Assembly (NCBI GenBank): GCA_016432325.1
Contig: CP066684.1
Span: 64,001 to 128,000, forward strand
Direction of reading: 5' to 3'
DNA from: Candidatus Aenigmatarchaeota archaeon
GTDB taxonomy: Archaea; Aenigmatarchaeota; Aenigmatarchaeia; PWEA01; JACQIF01
Length of the DNA: 64,000 bases
Below the pieces are notes generated by a model. The model was not told the origin of the DNA. It was given only the letters and a program-made list of their open reading frames with translations, and searched no databases. Of the stretch, positions 18,477 through 28,554 are shown in pieces. A program made the position numbers and the translations under genes. Every line of letters starts with the position of its first letter. Position 1 is the stretch's first letter.

Positions 18477-19001
18477 TTATGTATCTTTCGATGCCATGTG
18501 TCTCTTACCTTCGTGGGGGAATATTCCCAACTTCATTAAAACCACGTCAAAGAAGCTCAACGAAGCGAGCATGAGACTCAGAGAGGCCGTGATGATAAAC
18601 GCGTCTCTAAACATACTCTCCACATAGGGATATTCTACCAAAAACAGGAATGTAAGAGCGGCCATGAAGAACTCCAGAGATGATACTGTTGCCAAAAGAA
18701 GAGCTCGATTCGCCGCGCCCGATATGTTAAGAAGTCCGTACATGAATGACGCGGTCACGAACGCTATAGACCCGAGAGCGAATACGTCCACAGGTTTTAA
18801 TTCTGGTAAACCGAGTCCACTCGAAACGGCAGACAACACGCCAAACCCGACAAGAAGTGTCCCTTGGCCAAGTAAGATCCCTCTCCCGCGTTCTGTTGTA
18901 AGTTGAAAATTGGCCGTGATAGGAAGCGCTATTCTCGCAATACCGTACCCAATAAATAGTATTGAGGCCGCTAGAAGGCCAAGAGTGAACGCGTCAATCA
19001 T
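18477..19001 (-). CDS. hypothetical multi-pass membrane protein
   Basis: about 5 hydrophobic segments; SD AGGTG. Confidence 0.65.
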   Translation of the reverse strand: MIDAFTLGLLAASILFIGYGIARIALPITANFQLTTERGRGILLGQGTLLVGFGVLSAVSSGLGLPELKPVDVFALGSIAFVTASFMYGLLNISGAANRALLLATVSSLEFFMAALTFLFLVEYPYVESMFRDAFIITASLSLMLASLSFFDVVLMKLGIFPHEGKRHMASKDT

Positions 19002-19060
19002 CTGTCAACACCTTTCCTAAGTTACGCTAAACAAAATAAAAAAAGAACGGCCGCGCGTTT

Positions 19061-19435
19061 CTATCGCGCGGCAGGTCCCGGAGCAGGGCCAAGAACGGCC
19101 TGTCCGGGTTCAGAACGATCGACACGCGCGAAGTTCGGCGTGATTATCACGAAGTTCTCATCGACTCCTGCGATGTCTCCGTTTATCGCCATTACCGTCT
19201 TGCGCAAGCGCTCGACCGCGCGCTTGAGTTCGCTCATGTCCTTGTCCTTCAAGCCTTTGATCTTGACGAAGACTATGTTGCCTTCCCTGACCATTTTCTG
19301 GACCGGCTCGACGTCGGCGTAGTCGTTTATCTTCGCGATTCTTATCGGAATCGAGCTCGCGTCGTGCGCGCTGTGGTGCTCGACCTCGACAAAGTCGTCT
19401 TCAGACGCTTCCCTTTTCAAAAAATCCCATGCCAT
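19061..19435 (-). CDS. sepF: cell division protein SepF (DUF552)
   Basis: REGNIVFVKI, GDIAGVDENFVIITP. Confidence 0.9.
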   Translation of the reverse strand: MAWDFLKREASEDDFVEVEHHSAHDASSIPIRIAKINDYADVEPVQKMVREGNIVFVKIKGLKDKDMSELKRAVERLRKTVMAINGDIAGVDENFVIITPNFARVDRSEPGQAVLGPAPGPAAR

Positions 19436-19539
19436 CTCAAATCACCTTCTGTTTTTAATCCTCCCGACTGCGTTTTATTGTGTTCTAGGTGATATTTAAA
19501 GGCTCGGGAGCCCGTTGCGCATTTAAACGGCTTCGGGGT

Positions 19540-20973
19540 TCAGTAGCTCCTTCCGAAGTACGCGGCGTGGCTGGCTCCCTTGCCGCAATACACGCATTCG
19601 CCCTTGACAGGTTTCGTATTGAGTCCGTAGGGCAGGCACGATATCTTGGCGCCCGTCTCCTCCCTGACTCCGTCTTCGCAGGTTCTCGAGCCGCACCATA
19701 GGGCGCGGATGCGATTCCCATCGAGGTGCTTCTTGAGCTCCGTCATATTAGAAGCCTCCTTCGTGTGCTCATCGGCAAATTTCTTTGCCTTGCTGTAAAG
19801 ACTCTTCTGTATCTCCTCGAGCGCGGCCTCCGCCTTCTCGCGGAGTCCCGTGAGCTTCACGGCCGTCTTCTTCCCGTCGTCCCTTCTGACGAACACGGCT
19901 TCCTTTGATGCCATGTCCCTTGGGCCGCACTCTATGCGCAGGGGCACTCCTCGCAGTTCCCACCAGTTGAACTTGAATCCCGGCGTATAGGCGTCTCTGT
20001 CGTCCACGTGCACGCGCAGTCCGGGGAGCTTCTCGGAGATTTCGTGGGCGTATTTGAGAACCTCCGTCTTGTTTTCGTCCTTGTATATTGGAACTATGAC
20101 GGCTTGTACAGGCGCAACTCGAGGCGGTACTATCAGTCCCTTGTCGTCCCCGTGCGTGGCGAAGAGTATTCCCATCGAACGGGTCGTGAAGCCCCATGAG
20201 TTCTGGTAGACGTGCTGGTCCTTCTCGTCTTTGTCCTTGAACGTGATGCCGAAGGGCCTGGAAAAGTTCTGTCCCAGATGATGCGAGGTGCATCCCTGTA
20301 TGACCCAGCCGTCCGGCATCATGATTTCCAGAGTGGTCGTATATTCCGCGCCGGCAAACTTCTCTTTCTCCGACTTGAGACCCGAGACGACGGGGACCGC
20401 CATGAGGTCCTCGTAAACCGCTCTGTAGTCCTCTCTCGCGTCCTCGACATCGCGTTTCGCCGTTTCCTTGTCCGCGAATGCCGTGTGGCCCTCCTGCCAG
20501 AGAAACTCCCGCGTTCTCAGGAAGAGCATGGGATGCTTGAACTCCCAGCGAACGATGTTGCACCATTGGTTTATCTTGAGAGGCAGGTCGCGCCACGAGC
20601 GTATCCATTTGGCGAACGACTCGTACATTATGGTTTCTGACGTCGGTCTCACCGCAAGGCGTTCTCCGAGCTTGGTCTCTCCCGAATGGGTGACCCAGGC
20701 GACTTCAGGAGCGAATCCTTCTATGTGCTCCGACTCTTTCTTGAGCAACGACTCCGGTATGAACATCGGGAAGTATGTGTTCTGAACGCCGCGGGCCTTG
20801 AACCTGTCGTCGAGCGCGCGTTGAATCCTTTCCCATATTGCGTGCGCGTACGGTCTTATCACCATGCAGCCGCTGACCGAGGAGTGGTCGGCGAGCTCGG
20901 CCTTCTGCACGATTTCATTGTACCACTCGCTGAATTCGGATTTCTTGTGCTGCATTCCAAGCTGTTCTGACAT
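19540..20973 (-). CDS. proS: proline--tRNA ligase (archaeal/eukaryotic type)
   Basis: RPTSET, FLRTREFLWQEGHT, C-terminal FGRSY. Confidence 0.98.
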   Translation of the reverse strand: MSEQLGMQHKKSEFSEWYNEIVQKAELADHSSVSGCMVIRPYAHAIWERIQRALDDRFKARGVQNTYFPMFIPESLLKKESEHIEGFAPEVAWVTHSGETKLGERLAVRPTSETIMYESFAKWIRSWRDLPLKINQWCNIVRWEFKHPMLFLRTREFLWQEGHTAFADKETAKRDVEDAREDYRAVYEDLMAVPVVSGLKSEKEKFAGAEYTTTLEIMMPDGWVIQGCTSHHLGQNFSRPFGITFKDKDEKDQHVYQNSWGFTTRSMGILFATHGDDKGLIVPPRVAPVQAVIVPIYKDENKTEVLKYAHEISEKLPGLRVHVDDRDAYTPGFKFNWWELRGVPLRIECGPRDMASKEAVFVRRDDGKKTAVKLTGLREKAEAALEEIQKSLYSKAKKFADEHTKEASNMTELKKHLDGNRIRALWCGSRTCEDGVREETGAKISCLPYGLNTKPVKGECVYCGKGASHAAYFGRSY

Positions 20974-21017
20974 TCACCGAACCTCGTGAGGCAAGTTTGA
21001 AATCCGCATGATTTCAT
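20974..21017 (-). repeat. gene-start hairpin element before proS
   Basis: ATGAAATC-ATGCG-GATTTCA...CCTCAC GAGGTTCGGT, similar to the rpl14 copy. Confidence 0.7.
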
Positions 21018-21074
21018 GCGTACGTCCACCGTCGTACGACAGATATTAAAGCCTACGGAACCTATATAAAACGT

Positions 21075-21344
21075 ATGAACGATCGTGCCTTGAACGTCGA
21101 TGAGCGCGACACGCGCTTCTTCCATTTCAGGCCTTGGGCGCGCGTTTGCGAACGGATGCGCGGGCTCACCACGCACTACGTCGAGGACCACGGGTTTGAC
21201 GCGGTTCCCTGCGGCCAGACGCATCCCGCGCAGGCGGACCTGCGGATGTACGGTCTTGAATTGGGCCACTTCCCCGAGGCGGACTGGGATTTCAAGCCTG
21301 TCTGCTCGCAGGTTGGGTTGGAACATTTCGAAGAGAGCGCATGA
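21075..21344 (+). CDS. hypothetical protein
   Basis: 89-aa ORF filling the gap after an AT-rich TATATAAA element. Confidence 0.45.
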   Translation: MNDRALNVDERDTRFFHFRPWARVCERMRGLTTHYVEDHGFDAVPCGQTHPAQADLRMYGLELGHFPEADWDFKPVCSQVGLEHFEESA

Positions 21345-21378
21345 AGAATCGGCCACAGTTTCGTTTCAAGCTGCTCCT

Positions 21379-22254
21379 CTAGGCGAATTTTGTCGCGTCT
21401 ATCCAGTCGGCCTGCAGGCGCAACGGTTCGATTCTGTCGTGGAGCGATTCGGGCAGTAGCTCCTTGAGGCGTGCCGTCCCGCGTTCTATCGATTCAGTCG
21501 TCGTTTCCTTCCCCCTCCTCGGCGCGAAGCGCATGGAGACTATTCCACGCATCGTTTGTTCAAGGAACTCCCCGTCGACCACGCGAACGTAGTCCGCGCC
21601 CCAGTCGCAGTAGTCCGACCTTAGAACGGAGAAGCCGACGATGAAATCGTTCCGCACGACGTCTGGATCAAACAGGCCGTCCGGGAGGATGCACTCTTTG
21701 GCGAAGCTCTCGAAATCCTCGTACCTTCCTGCCTTCAACTCTTCCTCGCCGGCTCTGCCTTTCTTTATGAGCCCTTGATTCTCGCCGTCGAGGCCGGGTC
21801 CGTAATGGGGACGCGGGATCGTTATGTCGGAGAGGAGTATTGGGTTGCGGATGAACGGTGTGTGCGCTGTTTGGACGATGAGGTAGTTGTTGTGGTCCAT
21901 CATTCCAAGAACTTCGCGTAGCGCGGCTTCTCTTTGCTCCCTCGTGAGATACGGATAGACGGCTCCAACAGCATTGTATATGGGCGCGGTGATGGATTCA
22001 TGCGGCCCGCCTGCCATAGCCATGACGTAGCTGGCACCCAATCCATCTGGTCCGTCATAAGCGTCACGGATCGCTTTGCCCATAGAGGGCCTTATCAATT
22101 TTATGCCTTCTTCCGGATTCCTTTTCATCTCTTCGAGGAGGTGTTTGCCGTAGGCATTGCCCGCATTGTCGTAGTTCTTTAGCGCCCTGTCCAGCCCCTT
22201 CATCATTTTGTCGACATCGTCGCAACTCTCGCCTTCCGGTTCCCCCATGCGCAT
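21379..22254 (-). CDS. hypothetical protein
   Basis: 291-aa ORF with genome-typical codon usage. Confidence 0.75.
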   Translation of the reverse strand: MRMGEPEGESCDDVDKMMKGLDRALKNYDNAGNAYGKHLLEEMKRNPEEGIKLIRPSMGKAIRDAYDGPDGLGASYVMAMAGGPHESITAPIYNAVGAVYPYLTREQREAALREVLGMMDHNNYLIVQTAHTPFIRNPILLSDITIPRPHYGPGLDGENQGLIKKGRAGEEELKAGRYEDFESFAKECILPDGLFDPDVVRNDFIVGFSVLRSDYCDWGADYVRVVDGEFLEQTMRGIVSMRFAPRRGKETTTESIERGTARLKELLPESLHDRIEPLRLQADWIDATKFA

Positions 22255-22302
22255 TCTTGGAAGCGAAAAGATTTATATAAGTTATCGCGCCTTAAGGAAA
22301 CC

Positions 22303-22476
22303 ATGAACGAACTCGTCAGAAACGACCCTCTCCTCTCAAGGCTCCGCCGCGAGTCCGCGGAAGCGCTGGGTGTCGCGCCTGAAGAGATAGACAACATGTG
22401 CCTCTCGGACCTCGAACGCCGGCTGGGTCTTAACAGATACGAACCGGCTTGCGCGTACGCGACCAACGGCCACTAG
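22303..22476 (+). CDS. small hypothetical protein (absent from the ORF track)
   Basis: 57-aa ORF MNELVRNDPLL... with TTTATATAA and AAGGA upstream. Confidence 0.55.
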   Translation: MNELVRNDPLLSRLRRESAEALGVAPEEIDNMCLSDLERRLGLNRYEPACAYATNGH

Positions 22477-22524
22477 AGCCTCCAAAGTTATATCCGTCTT
22501 TCTTCCAATTAACCGGGGGCAGTC

Positions 22525-23709
22525 ATGCGAATAGCTTTCATATCAGACACGCACTTCGGCTTCGGCCGCTCGACAGAGCGAAGCGAAGACGCTTGGGATA
22601 CATTCGAGGAGGCTGTCGCGCGCATCGAAGAGCTGGAGTGCGATTTGATAGTGCACGCCGGCGACATGTTCGACACCAAGCTGCCTAGACCAGAAGAGTG
22701 GTCACGCGCTCTGCGGACATTGGCGAGACTGAAGACGCCGCTTGCAGTCATCCACGGCAACCACGAGCGCCGCGGCAAGGGGCTGACCAATCCTGTCGAA
22801 GGCCTCGCGCAAGGCGGACACTTCGACTACATCAACGCGAACCACAAGCTCTATGAGTTCGGAGGAGCGCGCGTCGCCGTTCACGGCATAGGATGGGTTC
22901 CGGAGGCGTACGCCCGTGACGTTCTCCAGCATTGGAATCCCAAGCCCGTTGAAGGCGCATTCAATATTCTGGTGATGCACCAGTCGATACATCCGTTCAT
23001 CTTCAATCCGATAGAGCCTCCTTCGATACGCTTGGAAGACCTGCCCGCAGGCTTCGACCTGTACGTGGACGGTCACATACACGAGCATCAGGTCACGACA
23101 GCGCACGGCAAGCCTTTCATGATTGTCGGTTCGACGGTGACGACGCAGGTGAACAAGGCCGAAGCGAGCGGGGGCAAGAGCTTTGTAGTCGTGGAAGTCG
23201 ACGGCGCGAAGACCAACATACAGACCGTTCCTCTCCTGTCCGCGCGGCGGGTTTTTTACAAGGAGATAGAGATAAACGACCGCCCGCCCCAGGAGACTAA
23301 GAAGCTCGTGGAGGCTTATGTGGAAGACGTTCTGAAACAACGCTTCGACAGGAAACCCCTTATCCGCGTTCGTGTTAAAGGAAGACTTCCGAAAGGCGTC
23401 TCGTTCTCCGATACGAATCTCAAGGACCTGCGCGACGCGTATGCGGAGAAATGCATTTTGAGCATCGGCTCACGGCTTTCGGAGGAATCATTTGGGCGCC
23501 ACGTACTTCAGGAGATACGCGAACAGCGCCTTTCGCTCGACGAGCTGGGCTTCAAGCTCCTGCGCGAGTTCCTGAAACAGCAGAAGTCGGGCTTCCGTTT
23601 CGAGGATGTCTTCGAGCATCTGGTGGAAGGCGACGCAGAGGCGACTCTTGTGACGTTGCTGGCGGAAAAGAGAGAACAGATGGAAAGACCGATGGGCGTT
23701 CCTGCATGA
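22525..23709 (+). CDS. mre11: DNA double-strand break repair nuclease Mre11
   Basis: SDTHFG, GDMFD, GNHE, GHIH; adjacent to rad50. Confidence 0.94.
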   Translation: MRIAFISDTHFGFGRSTERSEDAWDTFEEAVARIEELECDLIVHAGDMFDTKLPRPEEWSRALRTLARLKTPLAVIHGNHERRGKGLTNPVEGLAQGGHFDYINANHKLYEFGGARVAVHGIGWVPEAYARDVLQHWNPKPVEGAFNILVMHQSIHPFIFNPIEPPSIRLEDLPAGFDLYVDGHIHEHQVTTAHGKPFMIVGSTVTTQVNKAEASGGKSFVVVEVDGAKTNIQTVPLLSARRVFYKEIEINDRPPQETKKLVEAYVEDVLKQRFDRKPLIRVRVKGRLPKGVSFSDTNLKDLRDAYAEKCILSIGSRLSEESFGRHVLQEIREQRLSLDELGFKLLREFLKQQKSGFRFEDVFEHLVEGDAEATLVTLLAEKREQMERPMGVPA

Positions 23710-23737
23710 GTTCCCTGATCAACATGGTGGTTTGGCA

Positions 23738-25744
23738 ATGATTACGAAGCTTACGTTGAAAGGATGGCGCTCTCACTGGGACTCGACGCTCGAATTTTCG
23801 GAAGGCACGAACGCCCTGATAGGCGTGATGGGTTCCGGCAAGTCGAGCGTTCTGGACGCGATATCGTTCGCGCTGTTCGGCACGTTTCCGGCGTTGAGCG
23901 CGCGGCGGCTCGTGCTGGAGGACGTGATAATGAAGCGTCCGCAGAAGAGAGCCGAGGCCGAGGTGAGACTCGAATTCGAATGGAACGGCGTTGCGTACGA
24001 GATAATGCGCAGGATAGACCGCGACGGCAGGCGCGTCGCAGAGATACGCAAGGAAGGCCGCCTGCTCGATTCTGGAGTTACAAAAGTTACGGATGTCGTC
24101 GAGCGCGTGCTGCACACGAACTACGACCTTTTCTCGCGGGCCGTCTACGCGGAACAGAACGGCCTGGACTACTTCCTCACGTTGCAAAAGGGCCAGAGGA
24201 TGAAGCGCATCGATGCGCTGCTTCGCATAGACCGCTTCGAAGCCGCGCGTTCCACGTGTACGACAGTGCTCAATCGCATACGCGACAGCGTCCGGGACAA
24301 GAGCGCGTTTGTTAGAGAGATGGAGAGCGGCGACGGGATGAGGCGTGTCGATGGGATAGAGAGCGAAATGCGCGAGCTTGATGGGAAGCGCAGGAACCTG
24401 AAGCTGAAGGAGATGGAAATAGCGACAGCAACGAACAAGATGGAAGAGGAGATCCAGAACGTGCGCAAGAAGGAAGTTGAGATACGCTCTCTTGATGTCG
24501 AGAAGAGCAGGCTGCTCGGTTCGATAAGGATTCTTGAAACAGACGCCGTTGACGTGCGCGCGGACGTTCTGGCAGAGAAAAAGAAACTTCTCGCAGAAGG
24601 GATGCCGCATATTCAAAAACAAAAGGAGACCAGGGACAGGAAACTGCGCGACCTGACAAATATGAGACAGCGATTCGAGATGGCTATAGAAGAGGCCGCG
24701 CGGCGCATCGAAGCGCTCAAATCGGCAGGCGCAGTATGCCCTACATGCGAGCAGCCCATAGACGAGGCTCACAGGAGTGCGCACGTCGTTGAGAAGGAGG
24801 CCCACATAAAGGAGCTTCGGGGCAATATCGAGCACGCTCTGAAGCATCAGGCGGATGCGGAGAAGGAACTGGCCGAGTCGTCTGAACTGATGGAATCGTG
24901 CAGGGAAGAGCTCCATGAACTGGACAAGAGAATTGCGCTCTGCGAGCAGGCCGCGACAAAAAGGAAACTTCTTGAAGAGAATACGCGAAAGCTTTCCGTT
25001 CTTGAGGTTCGAATGGCAGAGATGCGCGCCGCCATGGACGGGGTGTCCACGGACGGCTTGCAGGACAGGCTGCGCGTGTCGTCTTCGGCGCTGGCGTCCT
25101 TGCGCACAGAGCTGCGGGGCGTTGAGAACGTTCTGATAGACAGAACGAACGAGCTGGCGCGCCTGCGCGAGCGCCAAGCGCTCTTTGACAAGCACCGCGA
25201 ACAGATACAGAAGATGGAAAGCCTGGCAGATGACCTGAGGAAGTTTCAGTCCGCTCTCGAAGAGACGCAGACCGCGCTCCGCCGCGAGTTCGTGGTCGCT
25301 GTGAACGCGACGATGTCGCAGTTATGGGAAACGCTCTATCCGTACGAAGATTACATCGACGTTCGTCTGGGCGTCAGCGATGACTACACGCTCGAATTGA
25401 AAGAGAACGCGGGAGACTGGGTTCCTGTCGAAGGAGTCGCTTCAGGCGGTGAGCGCACGACGGCTCTGCTCGCGCTGCGCATGGCATTCGCGCTCGTACT
25501 CGCCCCCAACCTGCGGTGGCTCGTGCTGGACGAGCCGACGCACAATCTCGATGCGAACGCGGTGGAACAGCTCGCCGAAGTGCTGCGCGACCGCATCGGC
25601 GAGTACGTCGACCAGGTCTTTTTGATAACGCACGACGAAAAGCTCGAAGACGCGGTCACCGGATATTTGTACCGTCTCGAAAGGGAGCGCGAGAAGAACG
25701 AGCCCACGCGCGTCGTGCGCGTGATGAACCCAACAACCGTTTAA
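23738..25744 (+). CDS. rad50: Rad50 ATPase with short coiled coil
   Basis: Walker A GVMGSGKS, zinc hook CPTC, SGGE signature, LDEPT. Confidence 0.95.
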   Translation: MITKLTLKGWRSHWDSTLEFSEGTNALIGVMGSGKSSVLDAISFALFGTFPALSARRLVLEDVIMKRPQKRAEAEVRLEFEWNGVAYEIMRRIDRDGRRVAEIRKEGRLLDSGVTKVTDVVERVLHTNYDLFSRAVYAEQNGLDYFLTLQKGQRMKRIDALLRIDRFEAARSTCTTVLNRIRDSVRDKSAFVREMESGDGMRRVDGIESEMRELDGKRRNLKLKEMEIATATNKMEEEIQNVRKKEVEIRSLDVEKSRLLGSIRILETDAVDVRADVLAEKKKLLAEGMPHIQKQKETRDRKLRDLTNMRQRFEMAIEEAARRIEALKSAGAVCPTCEQPIDEAHRSAHVVEKEAHIKELRGNIEHALKHQADAEKELAESSELMESCREELHELDKRIALCEQAATKRKLLEENTRKLSVLEVRMAEMRAAMDGVSTDGLQDRLRVSSSALASLRTELRGVENVLIDRTNELARLRERQALFDKHREQIQKMESLADDLRKFQSALEETQTALRREFVVAVNATMSQLWETLYPYEDYIDVRLGVSDDYTLELKENAGDWVPVEGVASGGERTTALLALRMAFALVLAPNLRWLVLDEPTHNLDANAVEQLAEVLRDRIGEYVDQVFLITHDEKLEDAVTGYLYRLEREREKNEPTRVVRVMNPTTV

Positions 25745-26382
25745 GCGAATTCTTTGCCGTCGTTGAAGCGGCGATCGTAGTCTCCAAGCCACTCCTCGAC
25801 ATGGTCTTTCATGGCAGCTTTGTGGTCGTCGAGCCTCTTCCTGTAAACATTGATACCCGCAGGAAGCTTGCCCTTCCTTTCAGGAGGTAGCTTGTTGACA
25901 GTGTGACGGAATGCTCCCAGGCTCTGCGACTGAAACGCATGGAAACGATCTACTTTCTCGTCGACCCTATGCAGTTCTGTCATGTCGAATTCGTCGTTTC
26001 GAAGTATTCTCGTTGTTTCACGTTCGTATGCGTTGAGGTTGGAAATCATGCTTTTCACGGAGGATACCATGTCGCTGGCACGGGACACGTAGAGGCGTCT
26101 GCATAAATCGGCGTAGTCGAGAAAACACATTGGCTCGTCCAAGTCGCCTTCCTTCTTCCTCTTCAGACCCAAGTCCTGAAGGGTCTCACCATATGTGAGC
26201 TCGCCGCGCATCCAGGCGCCCAATATGGCACGCCACTCCTCCTTGGTGTTCAGCATGAGTCTCATGAGCTGGGAGTCGGCGGCGACTGTATTCACCATCG
26301 AGTTTTTGAGCACTTGTTTCCTGTCTTGAAGAGTTTCGGCTGTAACGAACATGGAATCGCCTTGCCAGACAAGGTTATGCAT
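25741..26382 (-). CDS. hypothetical helical protein
   Basis: 213-aa ORF. Confidence 0.65.
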   Translation of the reverse strand: MHNLVWQGDSMFVTAETLQDRKQVLKNSMVNTVAADSQLMRLMLNTKEEWRAILGAWMRGELTYGETLQDLGLKRKKEGDLDEPMCFLDYADLCRRLYVSRASDMVSSVKSMISNLNAYERETTRILRNDEFDMTELHRVDEKVDRFHAFQSQSLGAFRHTVNKLPPERKGKLPAGINVYRKRLDDHKAAMKDHVEEWLGDYDRRFNDGKEFA

Positions 26383-26405
26383 AGAAAGCTTTATATGTCG
26401 CTTAG

Positions 26406-26960
26406 TTAACGCTGCACGCCTGCCCCGAACTCAATTCTCTTGTTTGTCCAGAGTTCCCATTCTTTCTGAGCCGCGACATCTTCCTCGGTCTGCGGCTTGC
26501 CGACGAACCTGCCGCCTTCCAAGAGGACGCTGCGCGGCACAGGAGGCGCCCTGTCTCTCGCGGGGTTAAAAAAGCCTGTCCTTTCGTGGTAGCTTCCCAC
26601 GGCATCTGTGTTAAGAAGAACGCTAGCGTAAACCGGTAACATCACGCGCCTTTCTCTGACGCGTTCCAGACTATCCATTACAGGAATCGTTACAGTACCG
26701 TCTTTTATCGTGACTTTTCCGTAGTTCACTCTGCTTGGATCTATCTTGAGAACATCTCTGGCATAGTCTGCGATGAAGGCGCGGCCACCGTCACCAAGTA
26801 CGTCGCCTGGCGTCTCTGTAATTGCCCGCACAACCCTGCCGTTGCGGCTTCTAGGTTCGCTGAACTCATCGTGTTCCATTGAAAAATCGTAATGTTCCAT
26901 CCAGATACCCACAACATGTTTCGGGTCGTGTCCCCGATATGCCGACTGTAGCGCACGCAT
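26406..26960 (-). CDS. hypothetical protein
   Basis: 184-aa ORF. Confidence 0.6.
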   Translation of the reverse strand: MRALQSAYRGHDPKHVVGIWMEHYDFSMEHDEFSEPRSRNGRVVRAITETPGDVLGDGGRAFIADYARDVLKIDPSRVNYGKVTIKDGTVTIPVMDSLERVRERRVMLPVYASVLLNTDAVGSYHERTGFFNPARDRAPPVPRSVLLEGGRFVGKPQTEEDVAAQKEWELWTNKRIEFGAGVQR

Positions 26961-26998
26961 ATTTATAGTACACGCGTGCGAGTCGATTAAACAAACGT

Positions 26999-28534
26999 TT
27001 ACTGTTCGCCGTCGTCCATCAGCGCCGCCGCGTCGCTCTTCCTCTGCGCGCTGCCCTTGGCGTATGCGACGGCCGCCTCTTCAAGAGGCACGCCGCGCTC
27101 GCTTTTCTTGGAGCGGCGCTCGCGCACGCGCACGAATATCGGATAGTTCACGGCCTCTCCCACGATGAGCGCTTCGCCGACGCGCAGGCTCGATATGATG
27201 TCGAGCACGTCGCGCGTCAGTCCTTCGGACGACTTTCCGATGTGGTCGAGGTCGTAGGGATTCGTGACGCGCAGAATTATGTGCGTGTTGCATTGGCTGA
27301 GCGCCGTTGTAGAAAGCTGTATCGGCCTCTGCGAAATCAGGCAGAGCGAGGCGTGGAACTTGCGACCCTCGCGCGCTATCTTCTCTATGACGTTGCGGCT
27401 CAGCGCTCCTTCCTTCGAGACGCCTTCGGGCGCGAAGTTGTGGGCCTCCTCCACGAACAGGACGAACGGCGGCACTCGCCCGTCCATCCGCGCCTGGAAA
27501 AGCTTGCGGCCGAGATACGCCACGAGCATCTGTCTCTTTTGCAGAGATGTCGTGTCAGATACGTCAATGACTGTTAGGTGGCCCGGCTTCGCAAGAACGT
27601 CCATGGACGGGTTGTCGGCCACGCCGAAGAATCCGGTGTTGCGCAGCTTGTAGAGGTTCGCCATCAGAACGTCTTTTGTGTTCGATTTTATGCGCTCGTC
27701 CGCGGCAATCTTGTTCGCAACTTCCGTGAGACCGAAGACCTTCCCCTTGAACTCCTCGCGCATCTCGTCTATGACGCGCTCGAGCTCTCTTTTCTGCACG
27801 GACGTCATTTCAGGAATCAGTTCTTCTATGAGATGCACGGACAGATCAGGCACTCCAATCTTGAAGTCGCGGCCCGAAACCACGGTCGTCTTGTTCCTGT
27901 ATTTTTCGTCTTCTGCGAAACCCATGTATTCGCCGTGCGTGTCTATCATCACTGCGGCGATTTGGCCGTCTTCCGGTTTGCGTTCCAGCAGCTCCTCGAT
28001 GAGAACGGATGTAAGGTAAGACTTGCCTCCGCCTGAGATGCTGAGTATCGCCAGATGCTTCTGGAAAAGCTTGGTGAGGTTCAGGCGAGCGTCAACGTCG
28101 TGATTGCCCAAGTTGCCCATGTGCAATCCTTTCTTGGCGTCGAGTCCTATGAAAGAGGCGAGCATCTTGTCGTCTGCCACGTGCACGGGCGTGCCCGGAG
28201 ACGGGGGGAAGGCCGGCCTTTGAAGCACGGACGAGAACACGGCGAGAGGCTTGGCTTCTCCTATCAGGAACTCCCAGCGGCTCACGGGGAAGAGATCGGA
28301 CATCTTCTTGCCGGAGCGCTCGTATTCGCGCACGGACTCGGCTCGCTGATAGTAGCGGTTCGACTTCACGATGTCAGATACGCGCGCGATGAGAACTCCT
28401 TCGTGGCTCTCCACCGTGACGAACTGGCCGCGCCTTACGGGGTTCGCCTCGTCTATTACGAAAGAGAAACCGGTGACGCTCGGCCCTTCGTCTGTCGAGA
28501 TTACCGTTCCTATCTGGTTTGCCAGAATGCACAC
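26999..28534 (-). CDS. herA: HerA helicase/ATPase
   Basis: HAS barrel, HLAILSISGGGKS, VEEAHNF, IAREGRKF, SQRP. Confidence 0.94.
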   Translation of the reverse strand: MCILANQIGTVISTDEGPSVTGFSFVIDEANPVRRGQFVTVESHEGVLIARVSDIVKSNRYYQRAESVREYERSGKKMSDLFPVSRWEFLIGEAKPLAVFSSVLQRPAFPPSPGTPVHVADDKMLASFIGLDAKKGLHMGNLGNHDVDARLNLTKLFQKHLAILSISGGGKSYLTSVLIEELLERKPEDGQIAAVMIDTHGEYMGFAEDEKYRNKTTVVSGRDFKIGVPDLSVHLIEELIPEMTSVQKRELERVIDEMREEFKGKVFGLTEVANKIAADERIKSNTKDVLMANLYKLRNTGFFGVADNPSMDVLAKPGHLTVIDVSDTTSLQKRQMLVAYLGRKLFQARMDGRVPPFVLFVEEAHNFAPEGVSKEGALSRNVIEKIAREGRKFHASLCLISQRPIQLSTTALSQCNTHIILRVTNPYDLDHIGKSSEGLTRDVLDIISSLRVGEALIVGEAVNYPIFVRVRERRSKKSERGVPLEEAAVAYAKGSAQRKSDAAALMDDGEQ

Positions 28535-28554
28535 CCGTCCCTTATTTAATCGTT

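Noticed and set aside
26999-28534. HerA as part of an anti-phage system (e.g. SIR2-HerA)
   Set aside because: HAS-barrel HerA near mre11, rad50 and nurA fits the housekeeping repair helicase.
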